Positions 50,806-61,086 of a DNA stretch of 64,000 nucleotides are shown here, piece after piece; the stretch's first letter is position 1; each line of letters opens with the position of its first letter. The stretch is taken from positions 15,682-79,681 of the forward strand of contig JAYUEN010000506.1 of assembly GCA_043739185.1 (NCBI GenBank), given 5' to 3'. Under the pieces are notes generated by a model. That model did not search any database. It was not told where the DNA came from and worked only from the letters and a program-made list of their open reading frames with translations. Both the position numbers and the translations under genes were made by a program. The stretch is from Bdellovibrionales bacterium. GTDB taxonomy: Bacteria; Bdellovibrionota; Bdellovibrionia; Bdellovibrionales; JAMPXM01.

Positions 50806-51886
50806 AGCAAATCCTTTGTCAGGTCTCAAGCGCGAGCGCCTCTTGCGACTCGCGGCTGTTATCGCAATTATTTTGACCAGCCTGCTGGTTTTAATAAAGG
50901 TCGACGATCTCTTAGTATCTTTTGTATTGGCTTTTGTTATTAATTATATGGTCGGTCCATTTATCAATTGGCTAGAGCGGTTGCAGGTGCAACGAAGTCT
51001 TGCCGTTCTGGTGATTTTTTCTCTAAGTGGTATCTTGATTTTTTTAGGGGTTTATTTAGTAGTTCCGCTCATCGTAGATCAGCTGCAACAACTCCTACAT
51101 GAGGCCCCTAAACTTCAAGCTGATTTTCTTGCTCTCATTGTAAAGACCGAGCATCACTTTAAGGTATTCTTTCGCACCAATGATATTAATTTTTCAAAGG
51201 CCATTAATGCCTGGTTGCTAGATAAATCAAGTGAGCTTTCAACCGTGGTTCCGTCGATAATTTCACATTCATTTACCGTCTTACTTTTATCCCCACTTTT
51301 CGCTTTTTTTATGCTTCAAGACGGACGCACAACCTCACGCGCACTCTTGAGTCTAGTTCCCAATAATCTCTTTGAACTTGCGCTCAATCTTTTTCATCAA
51401 ATCAACGAGCAGGTGGGGGGTTTTATCCGAGCCAGATTTTTGGAGGCGGCAATAGTTGGCGCCGTGGTTTGGGTTGGCCTTTTAGCCATTTCTTTTCCCT
51501 ATGCGACTTTGCTTGCAATCGTTGCTGCTGTAACCAACCTAATTCCCTATATTGGGCCAATTATCGGCGCCGCCCCTGCCGTAGCAATTGCAATTATTTC
51601 GCCAGATGCCCATCTTGCCGATCCAATTGGTCTTAATGTACTCATTGTGAGCTCGGTGTATTTTGTCGCTCAGCTTATCGATATGCTTATTATTATTCCA
51701 CTTGTGGTTGCTAAGATCGTAAATTTGCATCCCGCGCTTGTCATTATTGTTATAATTATTGGAGCTCAAATAATGGGAGTTCTAGGCATGATGATTTCGA
51801 TACCTGTTGCGAGCGTAATCAAGGTCACTCTTACCGCAATTTATCAGCACCTAATTGAGTTCCCAAGCTTTGAAGAAGAGCTTTGA
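50798..51886 (+). CDS. AI-2E family transporter
   Basis: Multi-TM; NLIPYIGP, LHP, G..GMMISIP. Confidence 0.9.
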   Translation: MPKANPLSGLKRERLLRLAAVIAIILTSLLVLIKVDDLLVSFVLAFVINYMVGPFINWLERLQVQRSLAVLVIFSLSGILIFLGVYLVVPLIVDQLQQLLHEAPKLQADFLALIVKTEHHFKVFFRTNDINFSKAINAWLLDKSSELSTVVPSIISHSFTVLLLSPLFAFFMLQDGRTTSRALLSLVPNNLFELALNLFHQINEQVGGFIRARFLEAAIVGAVVWVGLLAISFPYATLLAIVAAVTNLIPYIGPIIGAAPAVAIAIISPDAHLADPIGLNVLIVSSVYFVAQLIDMLIIIPLVVAKIVNLHPALVIIVIIIGAQIMGVLGMMISIPVASVIKVTLTAIYQHLIEFPSFEEEL

Positions 51887-51927
51887 ATGTCGTCACGCGC
51901 ACGCGAAAAAGTTGACTTCATTAACGC

Positions 51928-52719
51928 ATGAGCAATAAGCTCAACTCGATGAAAAAATCTAGCTTTTCAAAGTTTATTTTAACCCTAAAGGCCAGCCTTT
52001 TGGTCTTAGGAATGGCTGCCTGCTCAACCGCAGACAAAATTGATACTTCGACCCCCGAGGGAGCCTTTAAGCTCGCAGAAGAGTTTGAAAAGGATGAAAG
52101 ATACGAAGAAGCTATTCAAAAATTTCAAGAAATTAAAAATAAAAATCCGTACAGTCGATTTGCCGCATTGTCTGAACTTAAAATTGCTGATTTGCAGTAC
52201 AAGCGTGAGTCCTTTATTGAGGCCCAAAATGCCTATCAGCTGTTTAAAGATTTTCATCCTAAACATGCGCAAATTGACTATGTCACCTTTAGGCTCGCGA
52301 TGAGTTATTTTAACCAGCTTCCGACAAGTATTGATCGGGATTTGACCATGGCAGATAAAGCCATTTTGTACTTTGACGAGGTTGTAAATACTTATTCAAG
52401 CTCACCTTTTGCTGTTGAAGCCAAACAGCACAAAGCAGATTGTCTAAAAATGAAAGCTGAAAAAGAACTCTATATTGCACATTTTTATTTTATTCGTGAA
52501 ATGTATGATAGCGCACTAAAGAGATTTGAGACCGTCCTTAATAAATATCCAGGACTTGGACTTGAACCTCGCGCCCTTTTTGGAGCAGCAAAAAGCGCAT
52601 TCGAAACCGGCGAAAAAGAAAAGGGCCGGCAGTTTTTTAAGAGCCTTGAAAGCCAATATGCCGAATCAAATGAGGCAAAGAAAGCAAATGGTGAATTCAA
52701 AAAATATGGCACAAATTGA
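51928..52719 (+). CDS. bamD: Outer membrane protein assembly factor BamD
   Basis: Lipobox MAAC, TPRs, FHPKH, DRD, KELYIAHFY. Confidence 0.9.
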   Translation: MSNKLNSMKKSSFSKFILTLKASLLVLGMAACSTADKIDTSTPEGAFKLAEEFEKDERYEEAIQKFQEIKNKNPYSRFAALSELKIADLQYKRESFIEAQNAYQLFKDFHPKHAQIDYVTFRLAMSYFNQLPTSIDRDLTMADKAILYFDEVVNTYSSSPFAVEAKQHKADCLKMKAEKELYIAHFYFIREMYDSALKRFETVLNKYPGLGLEPRALFGAAKSAFETGEKEKGRQFFKSLESQYAESNEAKKANGEFKKYGTN

Positions 52720-53428
52720 ATTTCAAGATTTATTAGAGACCGCTCGCGAAAATTTCAAAAACGCAAACTACAAACTTGCGGAGTCGTTGCTGCAACAGTT
52801 GGTAATGATGAATTTTCAAAATCCCGAAGTGCAACATATGCTGGCCAGTATTTATTATGACCAAGGTAAATTCAACAAAGCGATCAAGACTTTCAAGCGC
52901 GCCCTTGAGATTGATCCTGAGTTTATTGATGCGGCCGTCGGACTATCCATCATTCTTAATGACCTCGGTAAATACGAAGAAGGAAAAAAAGTTTTTCAAG
53001 CGGCACAGAAAGTTTTAGATCAAAAGAAATTGCAACGCGATCCTTATACACAAGAAAAATTGGCAGCAAAACATGATGAGCTCGGTGAATTGTATTTTCA
53101 ATACAAACAATATCAAGATGCCATCGCACATTACGAAAAAGCGCTTGAACTCACCAGTCGAAAATCTGAAACCAAGATGAAGATTGTAGAGTGCTATATT
53201 AAACTCGAAGATTTTGATACGGCCACCAAATCTCTGCGCCAAATAATCCTTGCCGCTCCACATTTTAATCAAGCTAAATTGAAATTGGGTTTCATTTATT
53301 ATAAAACAAAAAAATTCGTCGAAGCTATCGAGCAGTGGGAAAGTGTTTTAATTAAAGATCCTCAAAATGCGATTGCCACGCGCTATTTGCAAATGGCTCA
53401 AGAGTCCGGACCAGAACTTACTTTGTAA
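52706..53428 (+). CDS. Tetratricopeptide repeat protein
   Basis: Several TPR units; probable start MAQIEF overlapping the bamD end. Confidence 0.85.
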   Translation: MAQIEFQDLLETARENFKNANYKLAESLLQQLVMMNFQNPEVQHMLASIYYDQGKFNKAIKTFKRALEIDPEFIDAAVGLSIILNDLGKYEEGKKVFQAAQKVLDQKKLQRDPYTQEKLAAKHDELGELYFQYKQYQDAIAHYEKALELTSRKSETKMKIVECYIKLEDFDTATKSLRQIILAAPHFNQAKLKLGFIYYKTKKFVEAIEQWESVLIKDPQNAIATRYLQMAQESGPELTL

Positions 53429-53457
53429 AGATTGACTGACTATAAAGGGAGAAACAA

Positions 53458-53976
53458 ATGGCACGCTTGCAAGATGAAATGATGAGTTTTCTTTCTGACA
53501 GTGACATTCAAAAACTGGTCAAGCGCCTAGCTAAAGAAATTCAGGGCGATTATGCTGGCAAAGAATTGATTCTCATTTGCCCGTTAAAAGGAAGTGTCCA
53601 TTTCGTCGCGGACCTCATGAGACAACTTGACCTCAACCAACAAGTAGATTTTGTGCAACTCACCGGCGCAGGAGAATTCGGCACTGTTCGCATCCTCAAA
53701 GATATTAGCGTCAATATTGCGGGAAAACATGTGCTCATTTGCGAAGAGATTATTGATACCGGGCGCACCCTAAGTTTTTTGAAAACCCGTTTGCTCGCCT
53801 CGAACCCAGCTTCACTCAAAGTTGTAGCGCTTCTAGATAAGCCGGCACGTCGCGAACTACCCATCAAACCAGACTATACCGGAACCACAATCGACGATCG
53901 CTATGTCGTCGGTTACGGAATGGACTCAGAAGAAATTGGCCGAAACTACAACGGCATCTACTACTTCAAGCAATAA
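53458..53976 (+). CDS. hpt: Hypoxanthine phosphoribosyltransferase-like protein
   Basis: LKG..F.ADL, EEIIDTGRTL, LLDK, VVGYGMD. Confidence 0.88.
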   Translation: MARLQDEMMSFLSDSDIQKLVKRLAKEIQGDYAGKELILICPLKGSVHFVADLMRQLDLNQQVDFVQLTGAGEFGTVRILKDISVNIAGKHVLICEEIIDTGRTLSFLKTRLLASNPASLKVVALLDKPARRELPIKPDYTGTTIDDRYVVGYGMDSEEIGRNYNGIYYFKQ

Positions 53977-53991
53977 TCTATTGTGAGCCAA

Positions 53992-54963
53992 TTAGGGAAC
54001 GAATTGGCCATCCATTTTTGCCGATCCATTTTGTTTAAGTGCGCCCTTTGTATAAATCAAGTCGCCACTGAAACGCGGATTGCCGCCAAAGTTATTTCGC
54101 TCAAGTATAAAAGCGTAAACTCCTCCGGTCGGGACACCATTTAAAATTTCAGGAACTTTAAAATTCAAAGAGCGATTCTCGTGATTATAAACCACATCGT
54201 AAATTTGACCGGCCTTTAAAGGGTTTCCATCGTAAGTTGTAATACCTTCTACATTGGACTGATAATTCTTTGCTTCTCCAAACCCATCAAAGCGAATTTC
54301 GACTCGATCCACGCTTGCTTCTTGCGAAAGTATAATTGACGAGCCCACGGGATTTTTAAAGGACTTATAGTTCGTTTGAATTCCAGTTTTCTGATAGGCG
54401 GGATCAATTCGATAAAGAATTTTTGCTGTGAGTTCAAGTCCCGATGACATGAGTTTATCAAGACTGGTCTTCAAATTGACTTTTGTATCGGTAAAATCTC
54501 GGCAAGCTGAATACAGTTTTTTCATTTCATCTGTTGGTACGTCTTCAATTCTCAAATAAACCCAGTTTTGCACAGTTTCGCTATTCAACTGAACATCATC
54601 GCAACTCGGAGGTCCCGCGGGCGGAGTATTTGAACAAGATTGTTCAAAGTTCTTGAAGCAAGGCGCATAATCAAAACCATTTGAGTTCAATACATCAAGT
54701 TGGCTCTGAGTTTTCTGTCTTTGAAGCTCTAATTGATCCGACTTTGCGGCATTTGTAGCGACATCGCTATAAAGCTTGACCGCCTCAGTTGCCGATGGCA
54801 TTTCAGGCCACAAAAATACCGAAACACTTGTGAGTTGCATTTTTCCGTATTCAACACCCAAGGGTCCCACATTGTTAAAATTGGGAGGCGTGCTATGGAC
54901 TCTGTCGTTTTGCACCGAGCAGGCACTCGCTAATAATGCTAAGGCTAAAATTTTGTATTTCAT
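53992..54963 (-). CDS. Lipoprotein of unknown function
   Basis: Lipobox ASAC; helical/coiled-coil middle; beta-rich C-terminus. Confidence 0.75.
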   Translation of the reverse strand: MKYKILALALLASACSVQNDRVHSTPPNFNNVGPLGVEYGKMQLTSVSVFLWPEMPSATEAVKLYSDVATNAAKSDQLELQRQKTQSQLDVLNSNGFDYAPCFKNFEQSCSNTPPAGPPSCDDVQLNSETVQNWVYLRIEDVPTDEMKKLYSACRDFTDTKVNLKTSLDKLMSSGLELTAKILYRIDPAYQKTGIQTNYKSFKNPVGSSIILSQEASVDRVEIRFDGFGEAKNYQSNVEGITTYDGNPLKAGQIYDVVYNHENRSLNFKVPEILNGVPTGGVYAFILERNNFGGNPRFSGDLIYTKGALKQNGSAKMDGQFVP

Positions 54964-55005
54964 ATTTCCTCAATCGATCAAAGTTTTAAAATCATAAAAA
55001 TTAAA

Positions 55006-56265
55006 TTAGAAAAACAAAGACAAGGCAGCTGAATAGAGCTCAGTTGTATTGACGTTTCGACCCGAGAATACATTGGCATAACTCAAATTCATCTCAAGCG
55101 GAACCGCAAAGCTATGAGCCAAATACAATGGCACTGTGCTAAAATTCAATCCCATTTGCCCAGAGAACATGACTTGCTCTGTATTAATCGACATCCAATC
55201 ATAATGAGTCGATTCAAATTGATCTCCGGTATATACATCTGGAGCCTTATATTGATAAGCAAGTGCACCACCCAGAGTAAGAAGTGGCGTCAATTTATAT
55301 TTTGGGCCAACCTGACCAGAAAAAATATCTCCAAGTTGCACGCGTGTAGACTGATCGATATCAGGCGAAGAAGTCATGGTCGGATCAAACGGAATTCTTT
55401 TGGCACGATACATAGGTAGTTGAGTCGTATAACCCACTGACTGAACCACCGAAAACTTACCATCAAACTGATAGCTTTGAATCGCAGAAATCCCGACATC
55501 CCAAACTCCTGCACCAGGAGCCACATCTATTACTTTATTTACATCTGCCGTCTCGCCAGTTGGCAAAACCAACTTCGGCACGATAGCAAGGGCGTAGTTG
55601 TCTGTCTTTACCGCGCGATATTTTCCGGCGAGGGTGATATCACCCATTCCTGTTCTCGTCTCATTGGCAAGGGGCGCATATCCTTTAGAAGCCACATCCG
55701 AAGCCACAACATCCATGAGCTTTTGTTTGTTCTGTAAAATTCGATAATTTTTACCATCAGCCGCAAATTTGGCAATTGCCGTATTGAAATCTTGATTTGC
55801 CGCCCAGCCAGTTGAAACATTGAGATTTGAATAAAGAACCGGGATGACCGCAGCAAGCGTGAAGTTTTCAGAAATACCATAAGCAATAACCGGAACAGTG
55901 GCTGTGACGCGAATATCAACCACGCCCAAAGCGCTACCGACTGATTCGCCCATGCTATAGCCTTTTGATTGAACATAACCCTGAAGACTATTTCTTTCAT
56001 AGCCCGCCTTTTGCGCGTTAACCAAATCTCCCCAAGTTACATTCTTATTCATGGCGCCGCCGACGGGGACATCATTGGACCAACCATTTTTAGAGTCGGA
56101 AATATCAGTAGAGAAGGACGCTACGGTGAGATTGCGAATTCCCTTTGGGAGAACTTCGGTAGAGTCCATTGTAAATGGAGCAAATAGGCCAGCCGCTTGA
56201 AGCGTTGAGCTCATCAAAACTAATGCGAAGAAAGAGTTTCGGGCTACAAATTTTATTTGAGTCAC
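55006..56265 (-). CDS. Outer-membrane beta-barrel transporter-like protein
   Basis: Signal peptide; GMGDITLAGKY and LPTG motifs; C-terminal FF. Confidence 0.7.
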   Translation of the reverse strand: MTQIKFVARNSFFALVLMSSTLQAAGLFAPFTMDSTEVLPKGIRNLTVASFSTDISDSKNGWSNDVPVGGAMNKNVTWGDLVNAQKAGYERNSLQGYVQSKGYSMGESVGSALGVVDIRVTATVPVIAYGISENFTLAAVIPVLYSNLNVSTGWAANQDFNTAIAKFAADGKNYRILQNKQKLMDVVASDVASKGYAPLANETRTGMGDITLAGKYRAVKTDNYALAIVPKLVLPTGETADVNKVIDVAPGAGVWDVGISAIQSYQFDGKFSVVQSVGYTTQLPMYRAKRIPFDPTMTSSPDIDQSTRVQLGDIFSGQVGPKYKLTPLLTLGGALAYQYKAPDVYTGDQFESTHYDWMSINTEQVMFSGQMGLNFSTVPLYLAHSFAVPLEMNLSYANVFSGRNVNTTELYSAALSLFF

Positions 56266-56328
56266 AAGACTTTACCTTTCAAGTTAGGGGACATTGAAAA
56301 TGAATTATTTGTCCGATTTAATATTAAG

Positions 56329-56372
56329 AAAAAGCCAGCCTCTTTAATCCGAAGTCTAAAGCTACTGGCTTT
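56329..56372 (-). terminator. Long-stem intrinsic terminator with UUCG loop
   Basis: Minus strand aaagccag..ctttagac-ttcg-gattaaag..ctggcttttt after the 56381 stop. Confidence 0.7.
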
Positions 56373-56380
56373 CATTAATA

Positions 56381-57340
56381 CTAAAGCTTGCTTAAAATAT
56401 CGCGAGCGTCTTTTTGTGTTTTCAAAACATCAACTAATTCATCTGCATTAGGAAATATTTTTGAATCTTTTGGATCCGCGGCTACGAAAGCTGCCAAAAG
56501 TGCTTTTGCTTGTGACACTTTATTATTCGCACGAAGAGTGTCTGAGAGATAAATATTGTTGAAGCCATTGGTGCTAAAGCCTAAAGCTTTACCAGAAGCA
56601 TCTACCGCCATTGAGCTCTTAACAGCCAAATCAAGATATTTTTCAGACTTAGTTTTGTCTCCACCCAAAAGAGTTGGGATAACATAATAACCACGACCAA
56701 CAACACGGTAAGCAGCAAAAGAGTGAACAAATTTATAAGAAACAAGAGTTGCTTTTCCAGCGCTGTCTGTTGAAGCATAAGAAATTTTAGTGATGAAATC
56801 TACGATATTACGAAGTTCTGGCCATCTGAAAAGAGCGCCAACGATATCGGTTTGTCCCCATTGGCCCAAGTGCGCAGCTTTTTGATAAAGTGCTTCTGCC
56901 AAAATATCCATTTTTACTTTATTTGCTGAAAGCTGAGCGGTTAGACTCTGAGCCAAAGCATCATTTAAAGTTGCAGCTTTTGTATCGTTGATACCGTAAT
57001 TTTTTAAAACGCCATCTGCCAAATCCATTCCAGTTTGGAAGATCTGTTTTTGAGCTGCTTTATCAGTTGTATTGTCGCCAACGAAATAAATTGATTTCGC
57101 TACGCCAAGATTGAATTGCGCCAATAAATCTTGATCATTGGTCATTTTTAAAAGCTGGCTGTATTTATCCATTGCGGCTTGCGCGTGGACTACACCGGCT
57201 GGCGAATAATCTCTTTGAGAATACTCTGCATCGGCTTGAGCTTTTAATTGGTCTATTGTCACGCCATCAGCATGAGCTTTGTTTGAAAACGTACCTACTA
57301 GCAATGCTGCAGATAGGATCGCGGTAAAAAATTGATTCAT
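56381..57340 (-). CDS. Exported all-helical TPR-like protein
   Basis: GGAGG RBS; signal peptide ending AHA; YRVVGR.Y..IP.LLGGD..KS..YL resembles TatT/BstC-type TPR proteins. Confidence 0.65.
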   Translation of the reverse strand: MNQFFTAILSAALLVGTFSNKAHADGVTIDQLKAQADAEYSQRDYSPAGVVHAQAAMDKYSQLLKMTNDQDLLAQFNLGVAKSIYFVGDNTTDKAAQKQIFQTGMDLADGVLKNYGINDTKAATLNDALAQSLTAQLSANKVKMDILAEALYQKAAHLGQWGQTDIVGALFRWPELRNIVDFITKISYASTDSAGKATLVSYKFVHSFAAYRVVGRGYYVIPTLLGGDKTKSEKYLDLAVKSSMAVDASGKALGFSTNGFNNIYLSDTLRANNKVSQAKALLAAFVAADPKDSKIFPNADELVDVLKTQKDARDILSKL

Positions 57341-57689
57341 AGAATCCTCCAGTTAAATATTTGTTGAATCGTTAAACGACGAAATAGCTCTATCAATAAG
57401 ATGGCCTGAGAGCAATAGACTAGATTTGACTCTAAAAATAATTCTCAAAAGAGGGAGATATTTTCAAATAGATTATGTTCAGTTATTGCGAAGGTGCTTA
57501 GTGTACCAAGGCATTGACTAAGAAAAATAGGAGCGCGGATCCAATGAATAAAATGACAAGACGACTTGAAAACACGGATGTACCTATCTTAAGTTGAGCT
57601 TAATGTTGATTAAACGCCTACTTTTAAATACTAAATGAGTTTGCCCGACCACGTCAAGCCTAGCTTTTAAGCCGGCTAGACCATTAGCC

Positions 57690-59069
57690 CTAGGGAACAA
57701 TCTTGCCTATCAAATCGTAATCTAAACTGTCTGTGATTTTTACCCGAACGATTGATCCAACTTCTGCTGATCCTTCATTTATTAAAACCACACCATCAAT
57801 ATCAGGCGCCTGCTGAGCCATTCTCCCTTGAAGGAGCAAGTCTGTTTCTTCACTCTCGCCCTCAACTAAGACTTCAACTATTTGACCAATAAATTTTTTA
57901 TGCATTTTGCGACTGATCTTGAGTTGTAGCTCCATTAGGGTGTCATGGCGACGTTGCTTGGTTTCTTGATCAATTTGATCAGGCATCTTTCCGCCGGGAG
58001 TATTGTCCTCAGGCGAATACATAAAGCAGCCAACGCGATCAAACTCTTGCTCTTTTATGAACTCAAGAAGTTGCTGAAAATCCTCTTCGGTTTCTCCCGG
58101 AAAGCCCACAATGAATTGCGTTCGAATCACCGCCGCTGGGATCTCGGCTTTGATTTTAACAATACGCTCAGTAATTTCTGCTTTTGTCATATGACGATTC
58201 ATGCGCTTGAGCATCGAATCACTAATGTGCTGCAGAGGCATATCGAAATACTTTACCAGCTTTGGACTGGTTTTAATGATCTCAATCATTTCATCCGTTA
58301 TTCCGTCAGGATACAAATAGAGAAGGCGAACCCAATCGATACCATCAAGAGTAGAAAGAGCACGTAAAAAATTCTCTGGCGTCTCTTGAGCATCTGGATT
58401 CTTTTTGCGCAAATCGTAACCAAAGTCGGTGAAGTCATGAGATATAATATTGAGTTCCCGCACGCCACCTGCAATTAAAAGTCGCGCCTCACTCACAATG
58501 GCCGAAAGCTTTCGTGATTGCAAATTGCCGCGAATTTTAGGAATCGCGCAAAATGCACAACGCTTGAGACAACCTTCTGAAATCTTAAGATAGGCCCGAT
58601 AAAATGGTCCCGAATTCACCCGTGGCGAATGTTCTTCTTGCAAATAAGTTGGCAAGTTAAAATAAGTCTTTTTGGTTTCACCTAATTCTGATTTCTTTAA
58701 AATATCCGCAATATTTTGAAATTCACCTGAACCTATAAATAAGTCAGCCTCTGGCAAGCCTTCAACAAGTTCGTCTTTGTATCTTTGCGTGAGGCAGCCT
58801 GCGACCACAAGTTTTTTAAGTTGGCCCGACTTTTTAAGTTCGGACATTTCTAAAATTTTTGAAATAGATTCTTTTTTTGCATCGTCAATAAAGCCACAGG
58901 TATTCACTACCACGGTATCGGCGAGCTCGCTGGCATCGGTAACTTCGTAGCCACTTTTCAAAAGATGACCGAGCATAATCTCGCTATCAACCAAGTTTTT
59001 AGGACAGCCAAGGCTTACAAAATGAACTTTTTTAGCGCCTTCAATTAAAACTGGATCTGGGGTCCGCAT
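57690..59069 (-). CDS. rimO: Ribosomal protein S12 methylthiotransferase
   Basis: SLGCPKNLVDSE, NTCGFI, CxxxCxxC, C-terminal TRAM (APDIDG). Confidence 0.96.
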   Translation of the reverse strand: MRTPDPVLIEGAKKVHFVSLGCPKNLVDSEIMLGHLLKSGYEVTDASELADTVVVNTCGFIDDAKKESISKILEMSELKKSGQLKKLVVAGCLTQRYKDELVEGLPEADLFIGSGEFQNIADILKKSELGETKKTYFNLPTYLQEEHSPRVNSGPFYRAYLKISEGCLKRCAFCAIPKIRGNLQSRKLSAIVSEARLLIAGGVRELNIISHDFTDFGYDLRKKNPDAQETPENFLRALSTLDGIDWVRLLYLYPDGITDEMIEIIKTSPKLVKYFDMPLQHISDSMLKRMNRHMTKAEITERIVKIKAEIPAAVIRTQFIVGFPGETEEDFQQLLEFIKEQEFDRVGCFMYSPEDNTPGGKMPDQIDQETKQRRHDTLMELQLKISRKMHKKFIGQIVEVLVEGESEETDLLLQGRMAQQAPDIDGVVLINEGSAEVGSIVRVKITDSLDYDLIGKIVP

Positions 59070-59072
59070 TGA

Positions 59073-59558
59073 TTATTCCCTCATATTATTAAACTGTAGT
59101 GGTATTCCAAAAGTCTGCGCACGGCAAAGAGCAATTGTCTCTTGTAAACTATCTATACTCTTAGATGTAACTCGTACCTGTTCATCCATAATTTGGGCTT
59201 GAACTTTGATTTTTGAATCCTTAATCTTAGCCACAATCTTCTTAGCTGTCTCTTTATCGATTCCCTGCTTGATCTCGCCTTTTTGCCTCAGGGTCATCAT
59301 CCCAGCCGGGACTGGGTCTGAAAATTTTATAGACGAGATTTCAACCCCACGCTTGTGGAGTTTGGATTGCAGAATATCCTTTACCGCATTGATTTTATAG
59401 GTGTCATCGCCAACAAGAGTAAGAACCTTTTTATCCCATTCAATATCGCATTTCGAGCCCTTAAGATCATAGCGCTGAGAAAGCTCTTTCTTAGCTTGAT
59501 TGATGGCATTTTCAACTTCTTGTAGGTTCACTTCTGAAACAATATCAAAGGCTGGCAC
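59073..59558 (-). CDS. yajQ: YajQ-family nucleotide-binding protein
   Basis: GTG start after GGAGG; PAFDIVS, RYDLKGS, QGI, QVRVT, PLQFNN.R. Confidence 0.92.
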   Translation of the reverse strand: MPAFDIVSEVNLQEVENAINQAKKELSQRYDLKGSKCDIEWDKKVLTLVGDDTYKINAVKDILQSKLHKRGVEISSIKFSDPVPAGMMTLRQKGEIKQGIDKETAKKIVAKIKDSKIKVQAQIMDEQVRVTSKSIDSLQETIALCRAQTFGIPLQFNNMRE

Positions 59559-59572
59559 TTGAAAAACCTCCG

Positions 59573-60274
59573 TCAAAATTCGGTTAAATCAGCCCCTTCG
59601 GGCAACTCAAAATTAAAGTTTTTTTCGTCGAGCTTCACATCAAACTTTATATTCGAAAACTCAAAAACCGTTTCATTATCTAGCTCATCCCAATACCTTA
59701 AGCCCGTAATACGCTTGGTCTTTGGATTCAAAACCATTTGGGCTCGCTTAAATTCAACAGTGGCGTCATTGGGCTGTAAGAAAAATATTTTTTCTTCGTC
59801 TGAAAGCTTCATAAGGCCTGAAACATTGAAGTACTTTAAGACTCCACCTTGAGTGAGCAATCCCAAAAAGTTTTGCGAACGGCCTTTTTTAGAAGAGATC
59901 TCAGCTTTTAAAACTTGTAGAGCCGAGTTTTTGAATTCCCCGCTCGGATAATTCACCACCCAAATATGCTTTTTGTCGATAACCACCAAACTTTTATCAG
60001 GATCATTTAGCTCCATTCGCATTCGACCTTTTGAAAATAAAACCTTGCCGGAGGAGCTTGCATGGCTATCGATAAGCTGTGATTTTATCGACTTTTTAAT
60101 ATTCATTGAGACCGTTTTCGCCTTTTGGTAGGCCGAATCGATGCCACGAACCATTTTCAAATCCTCTTCGCTAGGTTGAACTACCGAGGGCACGGGTGCT
60201 TTGACTTCAGCTGCAAAGCTCTGAACGCCAAAAAAAATGGTGCAGCAAATATATAATAATCTTGAACTTAACAT
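59573..60274 (-). CDS. lolA: LolA-family lipoprotein carrier
   Basis: Signal peptide; SSGKV.FSKGRMR, F.F..P.GA C-terminus. Confidence 0.75.
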   Translation of the reverse strand: MLSSRLLYICCTIFFGVQSFAAEVKAPVPSVVQPSEEDLKMVRGIDSAYQKAKTVSMNIKKSIKSQLIDSHASSSGKVLFSKGRMRMELNDPDKSLVVIDKKHIWVVNYPSGEFKNSALQVLKAEISSKKGRSQNFLGLLTQGGVLKYFNVSGLMKLSDEEKIFFLQPNDATVEFKRAQMVLNPKTKRITGLRYWDELDNETVFEFSNIKFDVKLDEKNFNFELPEGADLTEF

Positions 60275-60333
60275 GGTTGGCTAGCCTAGCAAAGTCGTCC
60301 CGAACTTGCAATCTTAGCCTCTTGTTCTAATGT

Positions 60334-60987
60334 TTATGCTGTACCAAATCTTGGCTTGGCCACTAAAGTCCAAACCTCAAACTGGCAAGGCCCCTCAAGG
60401 GCTTGAAAGGCCGCCGCTGCCGTGCTGCCGGTGGTAATGGTATCGTCGACAAAGGCAATTCGAAGCTCTCGAAAATGATCTTTTTTGAAATCCCCTTCAA
60501 GTTCGAATTCTTTTTTTTGGCGACTTTCTCGAGAAAGCAGCTTTTGCTTTCTTGTATTATTGGTCTCGGCCAAGCACAAAAGCAGCTCACAGCCTATCGA
60601 ATCTGCGAGTGCTTTTCCCCAATAGTAGGCATGATCGAGACGCTTTTTTTGCGGTGGAATCACAATTACTTGAGGTAGTAGATTGCCAATTTGCGACCTA
60701 AAAAAAAGAAAGTCTTGGGCAAATTTCATCCATGGTTCAACTATCACTCCGCCCTTAAGAGCATATACGAGAGGCCGTATCAATTGATCCAATTCATCTT
60801 GCCAGGTGAAAAGCGCGTATACTAAAAATGGATAATCCCTCTGCTGAAAATCATTGACTGCATTCTGAATTTCAAAAAGCCTAAGCCAGCAATACTCACA
60901 ATAAATGTGAATCGGACCTCTTAGGCTGCGGCAACGCGCACAACTACTCACCCATTTTCGAATAAATGTTTGAACTTCAAAATTCAT
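60334..60987 (-). CDS. comF: ComF-family phosphoribosyltransferase-like protein
   Basis: CxxC..CxxC; QK.L.R..R; FVDDTITTGST. Confidence 0.8.
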   Translation of the reverse strand: MNFEVQTFIRKWVSSCARCRSLRGPIHIYCEYCWLRLFEIQNAVNDFQQRDYPFLVYALFTWQDELDQLIRPLVYALKGGVIVEPWMKFAQDFLFFRSQIGNLLPQVIVIPPQKKRLDHAYYWGKALADSIGCELLLCLAETNNTRKQKLLSRESRQKKEFELEGDFKKDHFRELRIAFVDDTITTGSTAAAAFQALEGPCQFEVWTLVAKPRFGTA

Positions 60988-61086
60988 CTCTCTTGGCTAT
61001 GCATTCAATTGGCCATCGACAAAAGATTTATAAAGTTAAGACACGAGGTCCTTATCCGAATAGGCCCGCGAAAAGCGAATACCACA

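Noticed and set aside
52526..52705. Upstream start of the TPR ORF
   Set aside because: Lies inside bamD; TPR sequence starts at 52706
57341..57689. Long intergenic region checked for tRNA, riboswitch or sRNA
   Set aside because: No cloverleaf, riboswitch consensus or strong structure visible by eye
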